Of a DNA stretch of 64,000 nucleotides, positions 10,049 to 18,800 are shown piece after piece. The first letter of the stretch is position 1, and every line of letters starts with the position of its first letter. Source of the stretch: Acidobacteriota bacterium (GTDB lineage Bacteria > Acidobacteriota > UBA890 > WLXD01); the NCBI GenBank assembly GCA_965248695.1, contig CBDFKD010000002.1, positions 5,376,001 through 5,440,000 on the forward strand, in the 5' to 3' direction. The notes under the pieces are model-generated. The model was not told the origin of the DNA, made no database searches, and saw nothing but the letters and a program-made list of their open reading frames with translations. Both the position numbers and the translations under genes were made by a program.

Positions 10049-10360
10049 ATGGCGATCGACGTTCGCGAATACCTGAAGCCCCACAAATCGCCCTCGATGG
10101 CCGAGCGACTCGACCTGGTCAAACGACGGTTCGCCGATGAAAGCCATATCCATGTGGACCAGGACGGTTTCCGCGCCGACCCAGACCAGGCCGTTCTGTT
10201 TATCTGTCCGGCGCAGGTGTTCAAGCTCAACACCGAGGATGGGGGCTGCATCGTCAACTACGAGGACTGCCTCGAGTGTGGTACCTGTCAGGTAGCGCGC
10301 CGCTACACCACCTGGAACAACCCGCAAGGCGGCTTTGGGGTGTCCTACCACTACGGCTGA
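10049..10360 (+). CDS. fixX: FixX ferredoxin-like protein
   Basis: CPA...CLECGTC...W..P.GGFGV, directly after fixC. Confidence 0.9.
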   Translation: MAIDVREYLKPHKSPSMAERLDLVKRRFADESHIHVDQDGFRADPDQAVLFICPAQVFKLNTEDGGCIVNYEDCLECGTCQVARRYTTWNNPQGGFGVSYHYG

Positions 10361-10376
10361 TCCGAGGTACCGCCTG

Positions 10377-10700
10377 CTAGCTGCAGCGAACGAACACCCG
10401 CAGGAAGGTGTGCTCGCGCAGCACGCCGAGGTACTCGTTGCCGGTGCTCATGCACCACGCAGGCACATCGATCTCGACCCCGACGTCGTCGGCAAGCAGC
10501 ATCGCTGTCTGGCCGGCCCGCATCTGCTTGGCGGCGTTCTGGATACGGATCACGGGCTCCGGACAGAACGTGCCACGTGCGTCTACCGTCAACTCCGCGG
10601 AGTCCAGGAGCAGCCGCATTTGTTCCGCCGAGGCGCTGCCGTGGACCTGTTGACGGAAGGTTGCCCCCCGGCGATCTGACGGGCGGCGCGACGGCGTCAA
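10377..10700 (-). CDS. TusA-family sulfur carrier
   Basis: DARGTFCPEP motif, DVPAWC; start TTG 10700 or ATG 10619. Confidence 0.85.
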   Translation of the reverse strand: MTPSRRPSDRRGATFRQQVHGSASAEQMRLLLDSAELTVDARGTFCPEPVIRIQNAAKQMRAGQTAMLLADDVGVEIDVPAWCMSTGNEYLGVLREHTFLRVFVRCS

Positions 10701-10708
10701 TCCACGCC

Positions 10709-11755
10709 TCAGATGCGGATCTCGTCGAGGAGTCCGTCCTCGCGCACGGGCTCCACCACCAGCTGGCCCTCGTTCTCGTCGAGGTGCCAGTGCACCGGCA
10801 CCTCCGCCTCGCCGCGGCCGGCACAGTAGCGCGCCGTGATCTTGCACGCGAGCTCGAGCTGCTCGGCGGACGGGGCTCCCTCGATCAAGGTCAGCGGAGA
10901 GCTGAACTGCTCCACCCAAACCGCTCCCCGACCGATGCGGAATCGTTCGAGGAAGTCGTTCTCCGCCTCGTGCCGGCCGACGATGATCTTCACGCCGTCG
11001 CCGAGACGAAAATGGCGACCGACTTTCAACAACATCATGTCGTCGGGATCGACCTCGTTGCCGCGGTCGGTCAGCAGATCGCGGAGCTTGCGGGAGAAAT
11101 TCTCGTCGGGCAGGAAGCAGCATCCACCCGCAGGTTGCGGGTAGTCGATGAGGTCGAACTCGTCCGCCAGGCGCATTTGTTCGTGGCGCGAGCGGCCCGA
11201 GATGGCGTACAGGTCGTCGCGACGTACCCAGCCCTTCTTCTCGGGAATCGTCGGCTGCAGCAACTTGGCGGACAAGGGCCGCAGCAGGAGGCCTTCGAGC
11301 TCCGTCTCGCGCTCGATTGCCTGCATCGGTGGTCGCCGCTGGCTCATCGGCCGCTGCCCGAGCACCTCACCGGTAAAGATGAAGTCGTAACCCTGCTCTT
11401 CCAACATGGTCTTGGCGCGCTTGAGCATGAAGATGCGGCAATCAATACACGGGTTCATCCCCGAGCCGTAGCCGTGCTTGGGGTTCAGGACCACTTCCGA
11501 GAGGTAGTCGTCCTTGATATCGATGATCTCGACTGGAACCTGCAGCTGCGCCCCGGCGTGCAACGCGTCGTTGCGATAGGGCTTCTCGCGGTTGTTGGCG
11601 TTGCCCATGAGGCGATGCCGGTCGGCAACGCAGAACCCAGTAGAGAAATGCAGACCGAGAACCTCGACGCCGAGGCGCTGCAGGATGCTCGCGGCAAGCG
11701 TCGAGTCGAGACCTCCGGACATCAGGCCGAGTGCGCGAATAGGTCGCTGCGTCAT
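10709..11755 (-). CDS. ThiI/MnmA-like PP-loop tRNA thiolase
   Basis: SGGLDS PP-loop, NPCIDC, TGEVLGQRPMSQ, PAGGCC. Confidence 0.85.
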   Translation of the reverse strand: MTQRPIRALGLMSGGLDSTLAASILQRLGVEVLGLHFSTGFCVADRHRLMGNANNREKPYRNDALHAGAQLQVPVEIIDIKDDYLSEVVLNPKHGYGSGMNPCIDCRIFMLKRAKTMLEEQGYDFIFTGEVLGQRPMSQRRPPMQAIERETELEGLLLRPLSAKLLQPTIPEKKGWVRRDDLYAISGRSRHEQMRLADEFDLIDYPQPAGGCCFLPDENFSRKLRDLLTDRGNEVDPDDMMLLKVGRHFRLGDGVKIIVGRHEAENDFLERFRIGRGAVWVEQFSSPLTLIEGAPSAEQLELACKITARYCAGRGEAEVPVHWHLDENEGQLVVEPVREDGLLDEIRI

Positions 11756-11907
11756 GTTCTCGTCAAGCCTGGTAGCACCGGATCGTGGGTACGGACTCGC
11801 AGCGTCTGAATCGCCTGGCGGCCGGCTGCAACCGCGCGTCTCGGCGGGCGACGGCGTGCGCCAAGCGTAGCATAGGGCAGGCGCGTCAGACGGGCGTCCG
11901 GCGCACC

Positions 11908-12507
11908 CTACCGGGCTGCCGAAGAGCTCCCTCGGCCCCAGCTCAGGAAGGGAACCCAGTCGTCGTGCGGATCGACCGTCGGCAGCAGCGAGGTGGCCGG
12001 ATGCCATGCCGGCTGCCGTGGCTCGCGCAGCAGCCGCATGCCGGCCTCTTCCGGGAGTCGATTCGCCTTGCGGGCGTTACACCGGAAACACGAGACAACG
12101 ATATTGACCCAGGTGGCGCGGCCGCCGCGCGAGCGCGGATGGACGTGATCCAGCGTCAGCTGCGAAGACCCCGCAACCCGGCCGCAGTACTGGCACTGAT
12201 GCTGGTCGCGCAGATAGACGTTGGCGCGGCTGAACTTCACGCGCGGTCGCGGAACTCGATCGTATTCGAGCAACTGGATAACGCGGGGCACCACGATCGA
12301 GCACGACGGCCCCGAGATCACGTCTACCGAGTCGAGCCTCGACCGGTTCGAGGCCTCGCTCCAGCTCTCCCAGCTGTAGGTCGCGAAGTCATCGGTGACG
12401 ACCTTTCCACGCCCGACGTAGAGCAACGTGAGCGCTCGGCGCACGTTGACCACGTTCACCGCCTGCCACAGGCGATTGAGAACGAGAACGCTAGCGTTGA
12501 GCCCCAT
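11908..12507 (-). CDS. HNH endonuclease (McrA-like)
   Basis: RD...CQYCG...TLDHVHPRSRGG...W.N.V.SC..CN..K. Confidence 0.92.
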   Translation of the reverse strand: MGLNASVLVLNRLWQAVNVVNVRRALTLLYVGRGKVVTDDFATYSWESWSEASNRSRLDSVDVISGPSCSIVVPRVIQLLEYDRVPRPRVKFSRANVYLRDQHQCQYCGRVAGSSQLTLDHVHPRSRGGRATWVNIVVSCFRCNARKANRLPEEAGMRLLREPRQPAWHPATSLLPTVDPHDDWVPFLSWGRGSSSAAR

Positions 12508-12584
12508 TCGGTGCTTCCGTCCGAGTTGCATCCGTTCCAGGTTCGATGAGTCATTTTAGCAGTCGGGCTGCCACGACTACTCGG

Positions 12585-13772
12585 TCAGCGCTCGTCCACG
12601 ACCCCGTGTGCGCGAAGAATCTCGATCGTCCGCTGCAACGGCAACGCCTCGACCGTGCCACGCGCCCCGATCGTCGTGTGCGCCTGAAACAGGCTGTTAT
12701 AGATCGACTCCTCAGTGGCCTCGATGGCCGCCAGAAACAGAGGCGACAGTCGGTCAGTGGGCAACGGTGACGTCCGCGGCCGTGCCCCGCCGTCGGGTCC
12801 TGAGCGCAGACCGACATGGGTGGAAAAGGCAATCACGTAGTCGCCGCTGCCATTCGACCCGGAGGCGCCGGTGCGCGCCATGCCCATGAAGGCGCGCAGC
12901 GCCAGCCGCTCGAGACTGACCGCATCGAGCGGCGCGTCGGTGGCGACAATCATCATGCAGGACCCGTCGGCCTGCTCGCCCTCTCCGTCCGATCCGTCGA
13001 GCGCGTCACGCAAGTAGTATCGCCCGAGTTCCACGCCGACAGGCGCACCGGCGATGCTGAGCACACCGCCGAAGTTCGTCTGCACCAGTGCGCCGACCGT
13101 CCAACCCCCGAGTTGTTCCGGTAGCCGGCGTGAGGAGCTGCCGATGCCACCCTTGAAACCGAACGCGATCGTCCCGCTCCCGGCTCCTACTGCCCCTTCG
13201 GCCACGACCCCGGTGCTCGCCGACTCGATCGCCGTCCGCACGTGCTCGGGCAGGATCGGACGGGCGCGGATGTCGCTCAGGTAGCCGTCGTTGGTCTCGC
13301 CGACAATCGGGTTGATCGAACGCACGTCCTCGTTGCCAGGCAGATCGAGCATGTAAGAGATGAGCCCGTCCGCAGCACGCGGGACGCTCAGGGTGCCGGT
13401 CAGCAGCACCGGGGTCTCGATCGTCCCGAGCTCCCGGATCTGGCTGATGCCGGTCAGCTTGCCGAAGCCGTTGGCGACGAAGACCGCGCCTGGCACCTTG
13501 TCGCGGAAGAGGTTTCCGGAATGCGGCAGAATCGCCGTTATCCCCGTGTTCGTCCTTGGCGTGACGACCAGCGAGGTGTGACCGACGCGAACGCCGGCAA
13601 CATCAGTGATGGCGTTGAGCGGACCCGTAGGCAGCACACCGGACTCGACACCGAAGTCGCGCGCACGACCCCGTCCGTTCGGTTGCTGAGCGTCGGCCGG
13701 CCCCCCGGGCGCCGGTATCGAGATGAGGACAGCGGCGATCGTCGCCAGCCAGTAGCACCGCGTCCGCCTCAC
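12585..13772 (-). CDS. dmpA: DmpA/P1 family aminopeptidase with signal peptide
   Basis: NAITDV.GV.VGH, ETND..L, KGGIG, NG/SGD autocleavage site. Confidence 0.9.
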   Translation of the reverse strand: MRRTRCYWLATIAAVLISIPAPGGPADAQQPNGRGRARDFGVESGVLPTGPLNAITDVAGVRVGHTSLVVTPRTNTGITAILPHSGNLFRDKVPGAVFVANGFGKLTGISQIRELGTIETPVLLTGTLSVPRAADGLISYMLDLPGNEDVRSINPIVGETNDGYLSDIRARPILPEHVRTAIESASTGVVAEGAVGAGSGTIAFGFKGGIGSSSRRLPEQLGGWTVGALVQTNFGGVLSIAGAPVGVELGRYYLRDALDGSDGEGEQADGSCMMIVATDAPLDAVSLERLALRAFMGMARTGASGSNGSGDYVIAFSTHVGLRSGPDGGARPRTSPLPTDRLSPLFLAAIEATEESIYNSLFQAHTTIGARGTVEALPLQRTIEILRAHGVVDER

Positions 13773-14419
13773 CCGGTACCTCCTGCGTCGCCGAAGACGG
13801 CGCGTCGAAGATCATCGACGGCAAAGCTGGCCATACCTCGCCGCCTCCGCTCCTCCTCGACGCGCGCCATACGAGCCAACAGCTGTTCGACACGCTCTCG
13901 TTTCTCCGGGACCTGCCGCGCCTCGAGTGGGCTCATACCATCGAGCCGGGACTGGGGCTGGCGCGCCCACCGAGCCGCAAACGAGGCGTAGAACTCTGCC
14001 AGGACCTGCGCTTCGTAATCGGAGCTCCACGATTCAGGACGGTCGGCGACGTGGGATCGGCGGCCAGGAAGAAATCGCGCCAGGTCGTCGCGCGCGGCGA
14101 CCCGAGCCCTGGCATGCGGACGAAGCTGCTGATCGAGCGACCGCCAGCCGCGACCAACCGCCCCGGCGGTTGCTCCTTCCAGGACTAACCCGTTGTCCCG
14201 CAGCCGAAGAAGAAAGGCATCGCCAGATGCGCTACCCGGCTTCGCGTCGTCGTGCCACCAGTACCAGCGATGTGCCGAGCCGTCCCCGGCGGTGTCCGAC
14301 AGTTCCTGAGCGCCGAGCGCGAGCAACGCCTGGTGGGTTGCCACGGCATCGTCAACCTCGAAGAAAGCCTTGCAGAAAACGAGGCTCGAACGCTGCGGCG
14401 ACGTCAACGGCGCACTCAT
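13769..14419 (-). CDS. Hypothetical protein
   Basis: Coupled to dmpA start; C-terminal W...P...L.G.SP motif; TATAAT 7 nt before ATG 14419. Confidence 0.65.
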   Translation of the reverse strand: MSAPLTSPQRSSLVFCKAFFEVDDAVATHQALLALGAQELSDTAGDGSAHRWYWWHDDAKPGSASGDAFLLRLRDNGLVLEGATAGAVGRGWRSLDQQLRPHARARVAARDDLARFLPGRRSHVADRPESWSSDYEAQVLAEFYASFAARWARQPQSRLDGMSPLEARQVPEKRERVEQLLARMARVEEERRRRGMASFAVDDLRRAVFGDAGGTG

Positions 14420-14448
14420 CCGGCGGATTATACGCACTCTCGAGCCAT

Positions 14449-14615
14449 TCTTGATGATATAGTTATCATATTAAAATCGTATTACACTTATTTACAGTTT
14501 TTCCACAGGCCTGACGGCCCTGGCGAGCCTCGCCAGCACGCCGAAACCCCTTATATGTCGGTGATCCAGGTCCGGAACGGCGGAAATAGGATTCCGCCAC
14601 CACCGATTATCCACA
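14449..14615. promoter_or_regulatory. AT-rich tract with DnaA boxes
   Basis: TTATCCACA 14607-14615, TTTTCCACA 14499-14507, TTATTTACA 14488-14496; ATGATA-N4-TATCAT 14454-14469. Confidence 0.55.
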
Positions 14616-14707
14616 GCGACTCTAGTGGCGAACGTGTGCACCGATGACATTCGTCGAAGGCGACCCCACAGACGGGATGGACACTCGAGGAGGGCCGGAT
14701 CTAGCGA

Positions 14708-15274
14708 ATGACTGAGACACGGGATCCGAGCCTCGAAAGCGACCCTGGCGACGATGCGTCCGAAGCCACCAACGGACCGGATGCCGGTGTCGACCTGACC
14801 GACGAGGTTGATTGCGCCCTCTCGTTAATCGCTGTCGTCGAGAGTCGCGTTCCGGAACCGTACCGGCTCGAGATTGTGCGCGCCCTCCTCCCCCAGGCCA
14901 TCGGCAGAGGGACCGGCGATGTCACGCCCTCGACGGTGACTCGACCGCGCGCTGCCTCCACCGGCTCACGACTGCAACTGGCGCCGTACGCATCGGTTCT
15001 ATCCACTCCCGGCAAGATGCTGTTGAAGGCCCTGGTGGCGCTCGAGGCCACTAGCCTTCAACTCGGTATCGAGTGGATGACCCCGAGCGAGATCGAACGC
15101 TTTCTCGCAGAGCGCGCCAGGGTGCCCTCGGTATACCGGACTAACCTGAGCAACGCGCTACGAGCGGCTCGCGATCTCGTCGATCGGCGACGACGCGGTA
15201 GGGCCTACGAGTACCGGATTACCCGCCGGGGCCGGGCCGCCCTTGAGCGCGACCTTGCCATCGGCGGCTCGTAA
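14708..15274 (+). CDS. Hypothetical protein with C-terminal winged HTH
   Basis: GAGGAGG upstream; MTPSEI..LSNAL...LV.R....AYEYRITRRG wing pattern. Confidence 0.7.
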   Translation: MTETRDPSLESDPGDDASEATNGPDAGVDLTDEVDCALSLIAVVESRVPEPYRLEIVRALLPQAIGRGTGDVTPSTVTRPRAASTGSRLQLAPYASVLSTPGKMLLKALVALEATSLQLGIEWMTPSEIERFLAERARVPSVYRTNLSNALRAARDLVDRRRRGRAYEYRITRRGRAALERDLAIGGS

Positions 15275-16187
15275 CGTCGCCACTTTTGTCCTCAGGGCAC
15301 TTCGTCGTGGAGAACATCGCCACGGAGCTCAGTCTGTTCCGGTCGTTCTCGGCTCATCCGGCCGTGGCGCGATCTTGTCTGAAGGCTCGGCGGTCGCCCC
15401 GGAAGGGGATGGTCATCTGCAGCCAGGGTCCCGGCGACGATGTACGTAGCTCCCGCTCGGAGTGGCGCGACCTCGTAGCCTAGCGCTCCATCTCTAATTG
15501 GGCGCGGTGTTCAATCTGGCGCGAGGCGCATAGGCCGTCTCCGGCTCGCCGAGCCTCCCCGGAGGCGCGCCGCGGGTAGGGCCCTTCCCGGAAACGATGA
15601 ACGTGGCCGGCCGGCGATGCGGTGTGGTCACCGGACCATGCCGTCACGACGTCGAGTGCTCCTGCCGCCCGACGCCCATGGGCGTCGGTGGCTAGGGATC
15701 ACGACGCGCCGGCCGGCGCCTATTAGGCAACAAAACGCGGCGGGACGGTGGGTGACGGCATCTGCGCCCATCGAGCCCCTCTGAGCACCGAACAGATCAC
15801 GCTCGGTTCGAGGAGCGGGCGTCCGCGCCCTACCGTCAATAATCGTTTGAACCGTGACACTCGCCTGCAACACCGCCAGCGCTGGAGACCGGGGCGATCA
15901 ACTGCTGCGAGTGGCGACGTTCGTCACTAACTGAGTCTGGCTAGCCGCCGCTGGAACCGCTGGAAGGCCGCTTGAGCGAGGTCGAGACAAGGCGCGCAGA
16001 TGAGAGTCGATCCGGGTAGTTCCGGTATTCGAGCTCCAGTACTCTGCCTTACGCACCCGGTGTCCCTAGCGCTAGACATCCGCGCGTGTACCGCCCGCCT
16101 GGATCGGATAAATGGCTTCTACGGACATCTAGCCGCCGAGATCTCACGTCGCACCGCCCCGTGGAGCATGTCGCCCGCGCGTCGCCA

Positions 16188-16207
16188 AATGTCGGCGCGC
16201 CGACATT
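16188..16207. other. Perfect 20-bp palindrome, candidate parS
   Basis: AATGTCGGCGCGCCGACATT about 140 bp downstream of parB. Confidence 0.55.
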
Positions 16208-16344
16208 CCCTGAAGCGTTACCTGAGTTTGTGAACTGGCGTGCGCGGGCGTGGCGCTCGGCGAATTGTGCCGACGACCACGGCGTCGCCCGGCCGGGACC
16301 CGTGTACGAACGGGTCATCGATGCGTGCCTGAAGGGTCCGCTAC

Positions 16345-17208
16345 TTAGTTGGCGGGAATGCCCTTGGATCGCAAGCTACGGATCGCCTCCAGCAGCGAGC
16401 GCTCGACATCCGCCAGGGAAACCTCTTCGTTCCCCAGGAAGACGGTCACGGTAACGCCCTCCTTCGACCGGAACGTCAGTCGACGCGGCGGGCGTCGCTT
16501 AGTCGTGTTGCCCGCCTCCGCCTGCGCCGCGGCCCTTTGCTCGGCACGCCGTATCTTTCGCAGATCATCACGAGTCAGTCCTTCGTCAACGACCCGTTGC
16601 GCCAGAGCCGCCATCTCCTCGGCGGTCTCGCGCCGGCAGATCTCGAGCATCAGGGACTTGCCGCGGATGCCGGCCGCCTCCAGCAGCGCGCGGACCTCAC
16701 GCGGCATGACCAACAAGTTGAGCGACTCGGTGACGCTGGTCCGCGACTTGCTGATGCGCTCGGCTACATCGTCGTGGGTGAAGCCAAACTGGTCGATCAA
16801 CGCTTGCAGGCCCTCCGCCTCCTCAAAAGCGGAGAGGTCCTGCCGCTGCAGATTCTCGATCAAAGCGATCTCGAGCGCGCGCGCGTCGTCTACGTCCAGG
16901 ACGATGCATGGCACCTCCTCGAGCTCAGCGGCGCGTGCCGCTCGGTAGCGACGCTCCCCCGACACGATCTGGTAGCCGCTCGCCGCACGGCGGACTAACA
17001 GGGGCTCGAGGATTCCTACGCGCTGGATCGAGGCTACTAGCTCTTCGAGGCGCTCAAAGGACTGGCGCGGCTGGTGAGGGTTGGGCCGCAACAATTCCAG
17101 CGGAAGGAACTGCCCGACGGCACTCGTGTGTTCCGTCGCCAGCTCTTCGACGAAATGGGCGTCGTGCCGCATACGTGTAGTCACCGGCAGGCCTCGTCGC
17201 TTAGACAC
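16345..17208 (-). CDS. parB: ParB/Spo0J family partition protein
   Basis: PNPHQPR, GILEPLLVR, SGERRYRAA, ALIENLQRQDL, HTH. Confidence 0.95.
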   Translation of the reverse strand: MSKRRGLPVTTRMRHDAHFVEELATEHTSAVGQFLPLELLRPNPHQPRQSFERLEELVASIQRVGILEPLLVRRAASGYQIVSGERRYRAARAAELEEVPCIVLDVDDARALEIALIENLQRQDLSAFEEAEGLQALIDQFGFTHDDVAERISKSRTSVTESLNLLVMPREVRALLEAAGIRGKSLMLEICRRETAEEMAALAQRVVDEGLTRDDLRKIRRAEQRAAAQAEAGNTTKRRPPRRLTFRSKEGVTVTVFLGNEEVSLADVERSLLEAIRSLRSKGIPAN

Positions 17209-18004
17209 GCGCCAGTACCTCCTCTCCGAGCTTTGCGTACTGTTCCGCGCCAGTCGATGATGGCGCGTGGGTGAAAATCGCCTCTTTGTAAGCCGGACTT
17301 TCCTCCAGCCTCACGTTCCGGCTAATGACGGTGTCGAACACCTTGTCACCGAATACGCGCCGGACCTGCTCCACAACATCGCGCCCCAACACAGTTCGAC
17401 GGTCGAGCATTGTTATCAGCACTCCGAGGAGCTCCAGTTTCGGGTTCACTCGCTGACGCACCCGCTGCACGGTATCGAGCAGATCGTCGGTTCCCTCCAT
17501 CGCCAAATACGACGACTGAATCGGGATCAGCACGTGCGAAGCCGCTACAAGCGCGTTAACGGTGAGTAGTCCTAGTGTCGGCGGCGTATCAATAACTACG
17601 AAACGATACTTTTGCTCAACTGTGGCCAGTTGGTCGCGCAGCCGATAATGCCCGTCGAACTCGCCGGATAGCTTGATTTCGAGCTTCGCCAGCGCGATAC
17701 GGGCTGGGGCGACGTCGAGGCTTTCGAGCCGCGTGCGACAGATGATGCCGTCGAGCCCCAGGGTGGTCTCGACCAGCGCGTCGTAGATCGTGAGCTCGAA
17801 TTCGCTTGGATCGACAAAGGAGATCGTGCTGTGCGCCTGGGGGTCCAGATCAACGAGCAGCGTACGATGCCCCTTGAGCGCCAGTGCCGCTGCCAGATTC
17901 ACTGCGGTGGTCGTCTTGCCGACGCCGCCCTTCTGGTTCGTCACTGCGACGATCAGAGTCCGGCGATCGGCTTCGTCGGTCGTATAGCCGTTCCCAGAAT
18001 CCAC
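17201..18004 (-). CDS. parA: ParA/Soj ATPase
   Basis: NQKGGVGKTT, DLDPQ, IDTPP. Confidence 0.95.
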   Translation of the reverse strand: MDSGNGYTTDEADRRTLIVAVTNQKGGVGKTTTAVNLAAALALKGHRTLLVDLDPQAHSTISFVDPSEFELTIYDALVETTLGLDGIICRTRLESLDVAPARIALAKLEIKLSGEFDGHYRLRDQLATVEQKYRFVVIDTPPTLGLLTVNALVAASHVLIPIQSSYLAMEGTDDLLDTVQRVRQRVNPKLELLGVLITMLDRRTVLGRDVVEQVRRVFGDKVFDTVISRNVRLEESPAYKEAIFTHAPSSTGAEQYAKLGEEVLARV

Positions 18005-18238
18005 CCTGAGCGAGTCCTTCCGTACCGGCGCGCCGTCCCCGTGCCCGACGAGTCAAACCTACGGCGCCTGCTTGTTCCGGTTGCCCGGGTTCTATGGCCG
18101 CCACATTGCGCCTGCGCGCTCGCTTCATCCGCGCGCGGCGCGTCCCCCGAACCGGCTGCGAACCCTTCTTCGCTCGCGGGACGACCCATCATGCAGGAGG
18201 ACCCTGGAGAGCGCAACCGAATCGCCGGTCACGGAGCA

Positions 18239-18724
18239 CTACATCTCGTATTTCGAGAACTCGTCGGGGTCCAGATTCTCGAACCAGCGCCGTAGGCGCT
18301 CCGAGCTCGACAGATCGCGGTCGTCATCGACGGAGCGGGCCTGGTCTAGTACCGACTCTTCAACGAAGATCGGGGCCTCGGTGCGAAGTGCCAGAGCAAC
18401 GGCGTCGCTGGGGCGTGAGTCGACCGTGACCTCGCTACCGCCGACGTCCATATAAATCAGCGCGAAGTACGTGTTCTCCCGTAGATCGGTGACCACGATC
18501 TTGTCGACCCGAGCGCCGAACGCACCCACCATGCTGTGCAACAGGTCGTGCGTCATCGGACGTGGCGTATCAATCGCCTCGACCTTCAAGGCGATCGCGT
18601 TGGCCTCGAAAATCCCTACCCAAATCGGTAGCACATGGTTTTCCGATTCATCCTTGAGGATGACGATCGGCATGTTCGTCACAGGGTCAACCATCAGACC
18701 CTTGACCTTCATCTCGACCTGCAT
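18239..18724 (-). CDS. Bifunctional nuclease family protein (DUF151)
   Basis: LPIWVG..EA.AI, RPMTHDL, DSRPSDA. Confidence 0.92.
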   Translation of the reverse strand: MQVEMKVKGLMVDPVTNMPIVILKDESENHVLPIWVGIFEANAIALKVEAIDTPRPMTHDLLHSMVGAFGARVDKIVVTDLRENTYFALIYMDVGGSEVTVDSRPSDAVALALRTEAPIFVEESVLDQARSVDDDRDLSSSERLRRWFENLDPDEFSKYEM

Positions 18725-18800
18725 GCGGCGCTCCTCGCTTGGAAACGACTATACGCGCGCTTCGAAGAACGGATCAAGCATCGTACACGCCTACTGATCT

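Noticed and set aside
11908-12507. HNH gene as a homing, IscB-like or defence nuclease
   Set aside because: Ordinary standalone McrA-like HNH; no RuvC domain, flanking RNA, methylase or intron context
14565-14590. SRP RNA-like CAGGTCCGGAA
   Set aside because: The following GGAAGCAGC and the long flanking stem are absent
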